A stretch of 64,000 nucleotides of DNA from an uncultured Eubacteriales bacterium (GTDB lineage Bacteria; Acidobacteriota; Aminicenantia; Aminicenantales; UBA4085): the NCBI GenBank assembly GCA_964556755.1, contig CAZKXI010000002.1, forward strand, positions 88,263 to 152,262, written 5' to 3'. This document shows positions 34,506 through 45,869 of this stretch, piece after piece (position 1 is the stretch's first letter; each line of letters opens with the position of its first letter). The position numbers and the translations under genes are program-made. The notes under the pieces were generated by a model. It saw nothing but the letters and a program-made list of their open reading frames with translations, had not been told where the DNA came from and made no database searches.

Positions 34506-36707
34506 TCAGGCCAAGTCAAACCCGGACGGCCGGGCGGCCGCCTCGAGGAGCTTCTCCTTCAGACGGCTGTTGCGGTGGACCGGCTTGTCGTTCTTGATGG
34601 CGATGTAGAGGGCCTTGTAGGAGCCGATGATCACGCTCAGCTTCTTGGCCCGGGTCAGGGCGGTGTAGAAGAGATTCCGCTGGAGCATGATGAAGTGCTG
34701 GGTCAGCAGGGGCATGACCACGGCCTGGTACTCGGAGCCCTGGGACTTGTGGACGGAGACGGCGTAGGCCAGGGCGATGTCGTCCAGCTCGTCCCGCTCG
34801 TAGACGACCGGCCGCCCCTCGAAGCCGACGACGACCCGGAAGGAGGCCTTGTCGACGTGGAGGATGTGGCCGATATCGCCGTTGAAGACGTCCTTGTCGT
34901 AGTCGTTGCGGACCTGCATGACCTTGTCCCGGACGCGCAGCTCGCGGGCGCCCAGGCGCAGCCCCTCGCTGCGCCCGTTCAGCCGGCGCTGCATCTCGAT
35001 GTTCAGCCTCTCGATGCCGACGAAGCCCTTGTACATGGGGCTGATGACCTGGATCTGGTGCGACAGGGGCGGCAGGCCGAAACGCTGGGGGATGCTCCAT
35101 CCGACCAGCTTCATGATGGTCGAGAAGACCTTGGCCTCCTCCTCCTGGCGGATGAAGTAGAAGTCGGCGTTCTTCTCGCCGCGGGGGGGGTAGATCAGCT
35201 TCTCGCCCTGGTTGATCCGGTGGGCGTTCTGGACGATCAGGCTGTCGGCCTCCTGGCGGAAGATGCGGTCGAGGCGGACGACCGTCTCCGGACGGGCCTC
35301 GATCAGATCGCGCAGGAGCTGGCCGGGGCCGAGAGCCGGGAGCTGGTCCTTGTCCCCCACCAGGATCAAGCGCATGGACGGCGGCACGGCCTTGATCAGG
35401 GAGTGCATCAGGGCCAGGTCGACCATGGAGAACTCGTCGATGATGACCGCCTCGCCGGCCAACGGGTGGCGGGCGTCGCGGCGGAAGGAGCCGAGCTTGG
35501 GATTGAACTCCAGCAGCCGGTGGAGGGTCTTGGCCTCCAGGCCGGTGCTCTCGGACAGGCGCTTGGCGGCCCGGCCCGTCGGCGCCCCCAGGAGGACCGT
35601 CTTGCCCCACTTGGCGAAGACGGCCGTGACCGCCTTGATCAGGGTGGTCTTGCCGGTGCCCGGGCCGCCGGTGACGACCACGATCTTCTTGCCGACGCTG
35701 TCGGCGATGGCCTTCCTCTGCAGGGGCGAGAACTCCACCCGGAGCTCCCGCTCGACTTCGGCTACGACCTTGTCGATCTCGAGGGAAGGAGCCTGGAAGG
35801 GGGCCCGCGAGAGCCGCTCCAAGGCTTGGACGACCTCCTCCTGGGCGTCATAGTAGAAGGGCCGATAGACCGCCGTGTCGCCCTCCACGGCCTCGCAGAC
35901 CACGGCCCGCCTCCCGGCCAGGGCCTCCAAGGCCGCCTCGACCGCCGGCCGGCCGACCCCAAGCTCCTGGCAGGCCGCGGCCAGAAGGGCCCCGCGCAGG
36001 GAGAAGACGTGGCCCTGCTCGTTGTCCTTCTCCAGGAGATACAGAAGGTAGGCCTTGATGCGCTCGGGCGAGGCCGGGTCGGTGCCCAGCTTGAGGGCGA
36101 TCGCGTCGGCCGTCTTGAAGCCGATGCCCCAGATGTCCAGGCAGAGCTGATAGGGGTTGGACTTGAGGATCTCGTAAGAGCGCGGCCCATATTGGCGGTA
36201 GATCTTGTTGGCCAGGCTGGTCGAGACGTCGTGCTCCTGGAGGAAGATGATCAGGTCGCGGACGTCGCGGTGCGAGGCCCAGGAGGCCTTGATGTCGACC
36301 AGCTTGGAGGCCCCGATGCCGCTGATCTCGGTCATCCGCTCGGGCTGCCGCTCCAGGATATCCAGGGTCCGGTCGCCGAAAGCGGCCACGATCCTGCCGG
36401 CCAGGGCCGGGCCGATGCCCTTGATCAGCCCGCAGGAGAGATACTTCTCGATGCCTTTCAGGCCCACGGGCAGGACCGGCTGAAAGCGGGCTACCTTGAG
36501 CTGGGGTCCGTACTTGGCGTTGGCCTCCCACTCCCCTTCGACCTTGAGCCGCTCGCCGGGTGCCAGGGGGGGGAAGGCGCCGACGATGACCATCTTGTCC
36601 CGGCCGTCGGCGGCGAAGCGGAGGACCGAGTAGCCGTTGTCGGGATTGAAGAAGAGGACGGATTCGATCGTCCCTTCGAAGGCTTCCATGTCGGCCCATT
36701 TTAGCAT
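34506..36707 (-). CDS. recD2: ATP-dependent RecD-like DNA helicase (RecD2)
   Basis: N-terminal HhH/OB region, SF1 helicase motifs VVTGGPGTGKTT, DEFSMVD, C-terminal UvrD-like domain (AVSVHKSQGSE). Confidence 0.85.
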   Translation of the reverse strand: MLKWADMEAFEGTIESVLFFNPDNGYSVLRFAADGRDKMVIVGAFPPLAPGERLKVEGEWEANAKYGPQLKVARFQPVLPVGLKGIEKYLSCGLIKGIGPALAGRIVAAFGDRTLDILERQPERMTEISGIGASKLVDIKASWASHRDVRDLIIFLQEHDVSTSLANKIYRQYGPRSYEILKSNPYQLCLDIWGIGFKTADAIALKLGTDPASPERIKAYLLYLLEKDNEQGHVFSLRGALLAAACQELGVGRPAVEAALEALAGRRAVVCEAVEGDTAVYRPFYYDAQEEVVQALERLSRAPFQAPSLEIDKVVAEVERELRVEFSPLQRKAIADSVGKKIVVVTGGPGTGKTTLIKAVTAVFAKWGKTVLLGAPTGRAAKRLSESTGLEAKTLHRLLEFNPKLGSFRRDARHPLAGEAVIIDEFSMVDLALMHSLIKAVPPSMRLILVGDKDQLPALGPGQLLRDLIEARPETVVRLDRIFRQEADSLIVQNAHRINQGEKLIYPPRGEKNADFYFIRQEEEAKVFSTIMKLVGWSIPQRFGLPPLSHQIQVISPMYKGFVGIERLNIEMQRRLNGRSEGLRLGARELRVRDKVMQVRNDYDKDVFNGDIGHILHVDKASFRVVVGFEGRPVVYERDELDDIALAYAVSVHKSQGSEYQAVVMPLLTQHFIMLQRNLFYTALTRAKKLSVIIGSYKALYIAIKNDKPVHRNSRLKEKLLEAAARPSGFDLA

Positions 36708-36749
36708 GATCTTGCCGGTCTTTCCCGTTCATGCTAACGTGACGGCGCC

Positions 36750-38420
36750 ATGTCCCTCCTGCGGACCCTGACCAACGCCCTTCTGGCGGCCCTGCTCTTC
36801 GCCATGCTCCTGGCCCTCCTGGTCGTCGACCTCAACGTCAACCTGACCGTGACCCCGCGCGTCCTCCTGGTCCTGAGCGGCTGGATGGCCGTCACCTACG
36901 GCGTCCTGGCCGCCCTGCTCGTCGTCCTGCTCGCCTCGGCCTTCCGCTTCCTGACCGGCGGCCGGCCGGTCGAGGGCTTCCTCAGCCCGTCCTTCCTGAT
37001 GCTGGCCACGGCCTTGGAGACGCTGGCCGCCCTGGTCATCATCCGCGAGAACACCGCCTACTTCGCGTCCTTCTTCTCGGCCGACGCCCGGGCCCATCTG
37101 AACGTCCAGATGATCGCCCTCTTCGCGGTGGCCGTGATCGGCCTGCTGGCCCATTACGGGTACCGCCAACGCCGGCCGCGCCGGGCGGTCTGGATCGCCT
37201 ACTTCGCCCTGCTGGCCGGAGTGGTCGGCCTGGCCGTCTACGAGAGGCTGAGCCTCGAGCCCCCGCCCCGGGAGCGCCGGACGGGACTCTACCGTCCGAC
37301 CGAGACGGACCGCCGGGTGACGCTGATCGGCATTGACGGATTGAGCCTGGACTTCATCCAGCCCCTGGCCGCGGAGGGCCTGCTGCCGAACTTCTCCGCC
37401 CTGATGGAAGGCGGCGCTTGGGGCCGCGTCGCCGGATTCACCCCCAGCGATCCCTTCGTCCTGCGGCGCAGCCTTCTGACGGGCCGGATGCCCGCCCACC
37501 ATCGCCAGATCTCGGACGTCCGCTACTCCCTTCCCGGCCTCCCCCACCGGCTCGAAGTGGTGCCCCGGTTCATCCTCTTCCGCCAGATGACCCGTCTCCG
37601 CATCCTGTCGATGGAGTCCCATCCCCTCCCGGCCCGGATCAAGGACCTGGTGCGGATCGCCGTCGACTCCGGCCTTCCCGTCCTGGACGCTTCCGCGGCG
37701 ATCCCGGCTCCCCCCGCCGAGGCGCCCGCCGGGGCCGAGGCCGCCCCGGAGTCCTTCTTCCAGGTCATCTTCCAGGACTTCGAGTCCGAGACGTCGCGTC
37801 TCTTCGAGCCGGTCCGCCGGGCCCTGCGGGCCGACGACGAGTCGTTTGGCCGGACCTTCCGGATCAAGGCGGCCGGCCAGCCCCGCTTGACCGTCCTCTT
37901 CCTGGACGGGCTGAGCCCCGTCCAGAGCCTCTTCTACAAGTACAGCCAGCCGGAGGCCTTCGGCGAGATCCGCCAGGAGGACATCCTCCGCTACGGCCCG
38001 GTCATCCGCAAGGCCTACCAGCTCTATGACCGCATCCTGGGCCGGGCCATGGCCGCGCTCAAGGAGGGCGAGCTCCTGGCCGTCGTCTCGACCCACGGCG
38101 TGGAGCCGCTGCCCTTCTGGAAGCGCATGGTCGAGTGGGCCCTGGGCAATCCCGACGTCTCCGCCTACCACGAGCGGGCGCCGGACGGGGCGGCTTTCTT
38201 CTTCGGGGGCGGAGTGGCCAAAGGCGTCCCGCTCGACGCGGTCGAGCTCGTCGACGTCCTGCCGACGATGCTGTACTACCTGCGGCTGCCGGTGGGGCGG
38301 GACATGGACGGCATCGTACGGGTGAAGGTCTTCGACCGCGCCTTCACCGAGGCCAATCCGGTCTTCACCATTCCCTCGTACGACGATCTGGAGATCCGGC
38401 CGGCCCGGATCAATGAATGA
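36750..38420 (+). CDS. membrane protein with alkaline-phosphatase-superfamily (type I phosphodiesterase/nucleotide pyrophosphatase-like) domain
   Basis: ~6 N-terminal TM helices, then VTLIGIDGLSLDF motif resembling the metal-binding start of AlkP-fold enzymes. Confidence 0.45.
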   Translation: MSLLRTLTNALLAALLFAMLLALLVVDLNVNLTVTPRVLLVLSGWMAVTYGVLAALLVVLLASAFRFLTGGRPVEGFLSPSFLMLATALETLAALVIIRENTAYFASFFSADARAHLNVQMIALFAVAVIGLLAHYGYRQRRPRRAVWIAYFALLAGVVGLAVYERLSLEPPPRERRTGLYRPTETDRRVTLIGIDGLSLDFIQPLAAEGLLPNFSALMEGGAWGRVAGFTPSDPFVLRRSLLTGRMPAHHRQISDVRYSLPGLPHRLEVVPRFILFRQMTRLRILSMESHPLPARIKDLVRIAVDSGLPVLDASAAIPAPPAEAPAGAEAAPESFFQVIFQDFESETSRLFEPVRRALRADDESFGRTFRIKAAGQPRLTVLFLDGLSPVQSLFYKYSQPEAFGEIRQEDILRYGPVIRKAYQLYDRILGRAMAALKEGELLAVVSTHGVEPLPFWKRMVEWALGNPDVSAYHERAPDGAAFFFGGGVAKGVPLDAVELVDVLPTMLYYLRLPVGRDMDGIVRVKVFDRAFTEANPVFTIPSYDDLEIRPARINE

Positions 38421-39141
38421 TCTTGAACATCCGGCGCCAGCGGGCCTTGGGCAGGAAGGAGACGAACTTCTTCAGCCGGTCGCGCAGGCCCGTCTTCAGG
38501 TAGGCGTCGCGCTCGGCCTGGTAGGAGAAGTAGATCATCCAGGGCCGGCCCTTGAGGTAGCTCAGGGGCAGGAAGCCCCAGTAGCGCGAGTCGGCGCTGT
38601 TGTCCCGGTTGTCGCCCATGACGAAGATGTGGCCTTCGGGGACCGTCACCGGGCCGTAGTTGTCGCGGATGGAGTCGGCGTACTGGTAGTAGTCGTTCTT
38701 GCCGATGACCTGGCTGTCGTTATGGACCTTGTAGGGCTCCGGAAGGGGCTGGCCGTTGATCGAGACCGCCTTGGCGGTGATCTCGACCGTCTCGCCGGGC
38801 AAGCCGATGACGCGCTTGACGAAGTCCTTGTTCAGCTCGTTCGGGTACTTGAAGACGACGATGTCCTGGCGCCGCACCTGGCGCCGGGGCAGGACGATCT
38901 TGTCGATGGGATTCTGGGTGTTGGTATAGACCAGCTTGTTGACCAGCAGAAAATCGCCGACCAGGAGCGTCGGCTCCATGGATCCGGTCGGGATTTGGAA
39001 GGCCTGGACGACGAAGGTCATGACGAAGAAGACGAAGACCGCCGTCTCCGCGATGAGCTCGAAGTACTCGCGAAAGACGCTCCGGTCCCGCTTCTTGCCC
39101 TTCTTCCCGCCGTCTTCTTCAGTCTCTGATGAGTCTTTCAT
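38410..39141 (-). CDS. lepB: signal peptidase I
   Basis: IPTGSMEPTL (Ser nucleophile), VKRVIGLPGE, GDNRDNSADSRYWG boxes. Confidence 0.85.
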   Translation of the reverse strand: MKDSSETEEDGGKKGKKRDRSVFREYFELIAETAVFVFFVMTFVVQAFQIPTGSMEPTLLVGDFLLVNKLVYTNTQNPIDKIVLPRRQVRRQDIVVFKYPNELNKDFVKRVIGLPGETVEITAKAVSINGQPLPEPYKVHNDSQVIGKNDYYQYADSIRDNYGPVTVPEGHIFVMGDNRDNSADSRYWGFLPLSYLKGRPWMIYFSYQAERDAYLKTGLRDRLKKFVSFLPKARWRRMFKIIH

Positions 39142-39323
39142 GTCCTATCCTGTGCCAAAAGAAGCCACAGCATAGCCTAAAACCCCGGTCGCTTCAAGAA
39201 GGTTGCCGGCCCTGTCCATGCCACGCGAAAATGTCCTATCCTCATCCCGGGCGACGAGCGGAGGGGTCCGCTCTCGGGGAGGCCGAGGCAAAAGCGTTGA
39301 AATGCCGCGGCCGGTATGCTTAA

Positions 39324-40921
<1,598 letters not shown>

Positions 40922-40966
40922 CCCCCCTATTCCCGCCAAGGCCATCCGCCTGAAAAGAGAGATCCG

Positions 40967-42502
40967 ATGAAGAAAGGACTCAACTGGAAAGTGCCGCTCA
41001 TCGCGGCCGTCGTCGGGCTGTGCCTCTTCCTGGCCACCCCCCTCAGCAAGAAGATCAAGCTCGGCCTGGACCTGAAGGGCGGCATCCACCTGCTCATGCA
41101 GGTCATGACCGAGGACGCCCTGACGGCCGAGACCGACCAGGAGCTGACCCGCTTCAGCGAGCTGTTCAAGAAGAACGGCGTGACCTTCGCCACCGCGGTC
41201 AAGGAGAAGGCCGGCCTGTTCGCCTTCACCGGCACCGACGCCAACCAGGAGGGCAAGGTCAAGGAGCTGGCCGACCAGTACACCCGCGATTGGACCGTCT
41301 CCTTCATGGCCGACCGGGCCGTCTTCAGCCTGACCCCGGCCGCGGCCCAGATCCTGCGCGAGATGGCCGTGACCCAGACCCTGGAGACGATCCGCAACCG
41401 CGTCGACCAGTTCGGCGTAGCCGAGCCGCTCATCCAGAAGCAGGGCTCGGACCGGATCGTGGTCGAGCTGCCCGGCGTCGATGATCCCGATCACATCAAG
41501 AATCTGATCAAGGTCACCGCCGTTCTGAAGTGGCGCCTGGTCAAGGGCGGCCCGGCCGCCGACGAGGCCACCCTGCTGCAGCCCTTCAACGGGGTCGTGC
41601 CCGAGGACGCCGAGATCGTCCGCGGCGACGCCAGCCGCGGCCACCCGGGCCTCTACCTCCTGGAGAAGGTGGCCGCCGTGTCCGGCCAGGACCTCCGCTC
41701 CGTGCGCGTCTCGCAGGACGAATGGGGCAATCCGGCCGTCGCCTTCCAGCTCAACACCGAGGGCGGCCGCCGCTTCGAGCAGGTCACCGCGGCCAACATC
41801 AACCGGGCCCTGGCCATCGTCCTGGACAACAAGGTCCAGTCGGCGCCGAACATCAACGCCCGCATCGGCGACAGCGGGATCATCGAGGGCCGCTTCAGCC
41901 CCGAGGAGGCCAACGACCTGGTCATCGTCCTCAAGGCCGGGGCGCTGCCGGCCGGGATCAAGTACCTCGAGGAGCGGACCATCGGCCCGTCGCTGGGCTC
42001 GGACTCGGTCAAGCAGGGCCTTTTTGCCGGGCTGGCCGCCATCCTGGCGGTGATGATCTTCATGATCATCTACTACAAGCTGTCCGGGATCAACGCCGTC
42101 CTGGCCCTCATCCTCAACGTGGTCGTGCTGTTCGGGGCCCTGGCCTACTTCAAGGCCAACCTGACCCTGCCCGGCATCGCCGGCATCATCCTCTCGATCG
42201 GCATGGCGGTCGACGCCAACGTCCTGATCTTCGAGCGGATCAAGGAGGAGCGGGCCGTGGCCAAGAGCGTCGGATCCTGCATCTCGGCCGGCTTCAGCAA
42301 GGCCTTCTCGGCCATCTTCGACTCCAACCTGACGACCATCATCTCGGCCGTCTTCCTGTTCCAGTTCGGCACCGGGCCGATCCGCGGCTACGCCGTGACC
42401 CTGACCATCAGCCTGATGGCCAACCTGTTCACGGCCGTGTTCGTCTCCCGGGTCATGTTCGACCTGATCGTCCCCAAGACCGCCAAGACTTTGAGCATCT
42501 GA
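40967..42502 (+). CDS. secD: protein translocase subunit SecD
   Basis: LGLDLKGGIHL start, periplasmic domain, C-terminal 6-TM with LTLPGIAGIILSIGMAVDANVLIFERI. Confidence 0.9.
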   Translation: MKKGLNWKVPLIAAVVGLCLFLATPLSKKIKLGLDLKGGIHLLMQVMTEDALTAETDQELTRFSELFKKNGVTFATAVKEKAGLFAFTGTDANQEGKVKELADQYTRDWTVSFMADRAVFSLTPAAAQILREMAVTQTLETIRNRVDQFGVAEPLIQKQGSDRIVVELPGVDDPDHIKNLIKVTAVLKWRLVKGGPAADEATLLQPFNGVVPEDAEIVRGDASRGHPGLYLLEKVAAVSGQDLRSVRVSQDEWGNPAVAFQLNTEGGRRFEQVTAANINRALAIVLDNKVQSAPNINARIGDSGIIEGRFSPEEANDLVIVLKAGALPAGIKYLEERTIGPSLGSDSVKQGLFAGLAAILAVMIFMIIYYKLSGINAVLALILNVVVLFGALAYFKANLTLPGIAGIILSIGMAVDANVLIFERIKEERAVAKSVGSCISAGFSKAFSAIFDSNLTTIISAVFLFQFGTGPIRGYAVTLTISLMANLFTAVFVSRVMFDLIVPKTAKTLSI

Positions 42503-42503
42503 C

Positions 42504-43664
42504 ATGGACATCTTCAAGAAAACCCCGCACATCAACTTTATGAAGTACAAGTACGTCGCCCTGGCCGTCACCTTGACCATCATCCTGGCCGGGGTCCTGA
42601 ACGTCTTCGTCTTCAAGGGACTCAAGCTGGGCGTCGACTTCGGCGAGGGCACCCTGATCCGGGTGGCCTTCAAGACGCCCCAGAAGATCGGCGACATCCG
42701 CGGCCTCCTGGCCGGCGTCGGCCAGGGCGGCAGCTCCATCCAGGAATCCGGCAAGACCGGCCGCGAGTTCCAGATCCGCGGCGTCGAGGTCCGCAGCACC
42801 AAGGACGCCGTGGCCGACCTGGAGAGCCACCAGGCCCTCAGCGACCAGATCATCGCCGCCCTGCGCGGCGGGGACGGCCAGGCCGAGGCCGCCCAAGGCC
42901 TGCGCGACCTCAACGATCTCGACCTCAAGAGCCTGACGGCGCTGCTGGAGCCGGCCTTCCTGGACAAGGCGGCCGGATACGCCGAGAGCGTCTTCGAGCT
43001 GCGCAAGAAGAACGCCATCTTCTCCGACTTCACCGAGCTGGAAGCGGCCGGCCTGCCGGCCGAGGCCGTCTCCTATCTCAAGGGCAAGACCTACTTGGGC
43101 AAGCTGACCGTCCTGAGCCGCGAGAGCGTCGGCGCCCAGGCCGGAGCCGAGCTGCGCAAGAAGGCCGTCCAGGCCACCATCTGGTCGCTGCTGGGCATGC
43201 TCGTCTACATCGCCCTCCGCTTCAAGCTGGCCAACGGCGTCTCGGCCATCTTCACCCTGGCCCAGGACGTCCTGATCACCATGAGCCTCTACTCCTTCTC
43301 CGGCCGCGAGATCAACCTGCCCATCATCGCCGGCATCCTGACCATCGTCGGCTTCTCCATCAACGACACCATCGTCATCTTCGACCGCATCCGGGAGAAC
43401 CAGAAGCTCAACCGACGGATGCCGCTCGAGGACATCATGAACCTCAGCCTCAACCAGATGCTGGGCCGGACCTTCATCACCTCGGGCACCGTCCTGATGA
43501 CCGTCCTGGCCCTCTTCCTCTTCGGCGGCAAGGTCATCAACGACTTCGCCTTCCTGATGCTGCTCGGCACGATCGAGGGCGTCTACTCGACCATCTACCT
43601 CAGCTGCCCCATCGTCCTGTGGTGGACCAAGCTGTTTGGCGCCAAAACGACGGCCCGGAGATAA
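42504..43664 (+). CDS. secF: protein translocase subunit SecF
   Basis: LGVDFGEGT, 6-TM C-terminal region with SINDTIVIFDRIREN. Confidence 0.9.
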   Translation: MDIFKKTPHINFMKYKYVALAVTLTIILAGVLNVFVFKGLKLGVDFGEGTLIRVAFKTPQKIGDIRGLLAGVGQGGSSIQESGKTGREFQIRGVEVRSTKDAVADLESHQALSDQIIAALRGGDGQAEAAQGLRDLNDLDLKSLTALLEPAFLDKAAGYAESVFELRKKNAIFSDFTELEAAGLPAEAVSYLKGKTYLGKLTVLSRESVGAQAGAELRKKAVQATIWSLLGMLVYIALRFKLANGVSAIFTLAQDVLITMSLYSFSGREINLPIIAGILTIVGFSINDTIVIFDRIRENQKLNRRMPLEDIMNLSLNQMLGRTFITSGTVLMTVLALFLFGGKVINDFAFLMLLGTIEGVYSTIYLSCPIVLWWTKLFGAKTTARR

Positions 43665-43745
43665 AAATGTTGCGGCCGAGACTTGCCTTGCGGCGGCTTT
43701 TCTTCTATACTTACCTCCTGTCTCGGTACATCATCACCCTAACAT

Positions 43746-44540
43746 ATGAGGTCTGACATGGCTGAAGTGAAGAAGCCGGGCTCCTCAGGGAAGGAAGCGA
43801 TTCCCGAGATCTTCCGCGATTCGATCATCGCCCGCGAGAAGGGCTCGGGCCGGAAGGCCGTGGCCTTCCCCATCGCCTTCGTCCTGCACGCGGCTCTGAT
43901 CGCCGCCCTGGTCGTCATCCCGCTGATGTCGGCCGGCAATCTCCCCAAGATCGAGATCACCAGCGCCTTCCTGGCGCCCCCGCCGCCGCCTCCCCCGCCG
44001 CCGCCGCCGCCGGCCAAGAAGGCCAGCAGCTCCACGGCCAAGCGGATCAAGCCCGTCCAGGCCCAGACCTCGTTCGAGGCCGGCAAGCTGGTCGCCCCCG
44101 TCGAGATCCCCGACCAGATCGCCGAAGAGCAGATCTCCGACATCGGGATCGAGGGCGGCGTTGAGGGCGGCGTCGAAGGCGGCGTCATCGGCGGCGTCCT
44201 GGGCGGCGTCGTCGGCGGCGTCCTGGGCGGCGTCGTCGGCGAGGTCGAGGCTCCCGTCCGGGCCATCGGCGAGATCAGGGCCCCCCGCCTGGTCAAGGAA
44301 GTCGCCCCGCTCTACCCGGAGATCGCCCGCCAGGCGCGGGTCGAGGGGATCGTGATCCTGGAGGCCCAGACCGACATCTACGGCCGGGTCCAGAACATCA
44401 AGATCCTGCGCTCCATCCCCCTGCTGGACCAGGCGGCCATCGACGCGGTGCGCCAGTGGGTCTACGAGCCGATGATCATCAACGGCCGGCCCCGCGGCGT
44501 CATCTTCACCGTCACCGTCCGGTTCACCTTGAAGAGCTAG
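43746..44540 (+). CDS. tonB: energy transducer TonB family protein
   Basis: N-terminal TM anchor, poly-Pro tract (P13), (xGGV)n linker, C-terminal TonB domain (QARVEGIVILEAQTDIYGRV..); start 43746 or 43758. Confidence 0.75.
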   Translation: MRSDMAEVKKPGSSGKEAIPEIFRDSIIAREKGSGRKAVAFPIAFVLHAALIAALVVIPLMSAGNLPKIEITSAFLAPPPPPPPPPPPPAKKASSSTAKRIKPVQAQTSFEAGKLVAPVEIPDQIAEEQISDIGIEGGVEGGVEGGVIGGVLGGVVGGVLGGVVGEVEAPVRAIGEIRAPRLVKEVAPLYPEIARQARVEGIVILEAQTDIYGRVQNIKILRSIPLLDQAAIDAVRQWVYEPMIINGRPRGVIFTVTVRFTLKS

Positions 44541-44595
44541 GCCGAAAAGCGAACAGCTTTCGATAAACATCTAAGGAATCTAAGGAGGTACGTCG

Positions 44596-45270
44596 ATGCA
44601 ATTTGGTCTCGTAGAAATGTGGCAGGCGATGAGCGCGGTCGCCAAGATCGTGTCCATCCTTCTGATCGCCCTCTCCATCATCTCCATCTACTTCTTCATC
44701 GAGCGGAACCTGTTCTTCCGCAAGGCCCACAGCAAGTCCCGCGCCGTGGCCCCCAAGCTGGCCGACCTGCTCAAGACCGGCCAAGTCAAGGAAGCCCTGG
44801 CCCTGGCCACCAAGAAGGACTATAAGGGCAGCCACCTGGCCCGCGTCACCGCGGCCGGCATCACCGAGTTCCTCGGCGGCAAGGAGTCCGGGCTGGGCTT
44901 CGAGCAGCAGATCGAGACCGCGTCCCGCGGCTGCGACCGGGCCGCTTCGATCTACAACCAGGAGCTGAAGCGCGGCCTGCCCCTGCTGGCCACGATCGCC
45001 ACCTCGGCCCCCTTCATCGGCCTGTTCGGCACCATCACCGGCATCATCAACGCCTTCCGCGGCATGGCCCTGACCGGCTCCGGCGGCATCGGCGCCGTCG
45101 CCTCGGGCATCGCCGAAGCGCTCGTCACGACCGCCTTCGGAATCCTGGTCGCCGTCATCGCCCTGTGGTGCTACAACTCCCTGAACACGAAGACCGAAGT
45201 CTATGACGCCGAGATGAGCAACACCGCCTCCCAGGTCATCGACTTCTTCGTCCGCAAGCAGGCCAAGTAA
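44596..45270 (+). CDS. exbB: MotA/TolQ/ExbB proton channel family protein
   Basis: 3 TM helices, LLATIATSAPFIGLFGTITGII motif. Confidence 0.8.
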   Translation: MQFGLVEMWQAMSAVAKIVSILLIALSIISIYFFIERNLFFRKAHSKSRAVAPKLADLLKTGQVKEALALATKKDYKGSHLARVTAAGITEFLGGKESGLGFEQQIETASRGCDRAASIYNQELKRGLPLLATIATSAPFIGLFGTITGIINAFRGMALTGSGGIGAVASGIAEALVTTAFGILVAVIALWCYNSLNTKTEVYDAEMSNTASQVIDFFVRKQAK

Positions 45271-45301
45271 GCTCCCGGATTCGGGAGCCTGAGGCAAAAC
45301 C

Positions 45302-45724
45302 ATGAGTATCTCCATCAGCAGCGGCAAGGGAGGGACGGAGGCCACGCCGAACGTCGTTCCCCTGTGCGATGTCCTGCTCGTCCTGCTGATCATCTTCATG
45401 GTCGTCACGCCCCTGGTCCAGAAGGGTGTCGACGTCCGGCTGCCCGCGGCAATGAACACCACGAACATGCCGGACAATCCCGAAGTCGTCGTCTACCTCA
45501 AGAAAGACGGGACCATCTACCTGAACCAAGACAAGATCACCAACCAGGACGCTCTCCAGGGCATGCTCGAGGAAGCGTTCCTGACCGTCACCGAGAAGAA
45601 GCTCTATCTCAAGGCGGACGGCGATCTTGAATACGGGACGCTGATCGACCTGTACGAGAAGATCCGCGCGGCCGGGATCGAGAACATCGCCATCATCACC
45701 GAGAAGAAGACGGAGAAGGGATAA
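45302..45724 (+). CDS. exbD: biopolymer transport protein ExbD/TolR
   Basis: NVVPLCDVLLVLLIIFMV TM and periplasmic domain. Confidence 0.8.
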   Translation: MSISISSGKGGTEATPNVVPLCDVLLVLLIIFMVVTPLVQKGVDVRLPAAMNTTNMPDNPEVVVYLKKDGTIYLNQDKITNQDALQGMLEEAFLTVTEKKLYLKADGDLEYGTLIDLYEKIRAAGIENIAIITEKKTEKG

Positions 45725-45869
45725 CCCCTCCTGTCCCTGGCTTGGCTCGGGCCAAGGCCGGTGCTCCGGCGCCGGTCTTGGTCCGGCCTTCTTTTCCGGG
45801 CCGCTTCCTTCCCCCTCCCTCTTCCCTTTTCCTTAGCCTTCTCCCGCCGGACAGGTCTCTGGCTCCGTC

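Noticed and set aside
34026-36704. 892-aa ORF antisense to recD2
   Set aside because: Same reasoning: antisense to a gene with clear helicase motifs, low-complexity composition.
43665-43745. Possible intrinsic terminator after secF (GC stem + TTTTCTTC)
   Set aside because: The stem is only ~4 bp by eye (gccg/cggc); too weak to call without folding energy.
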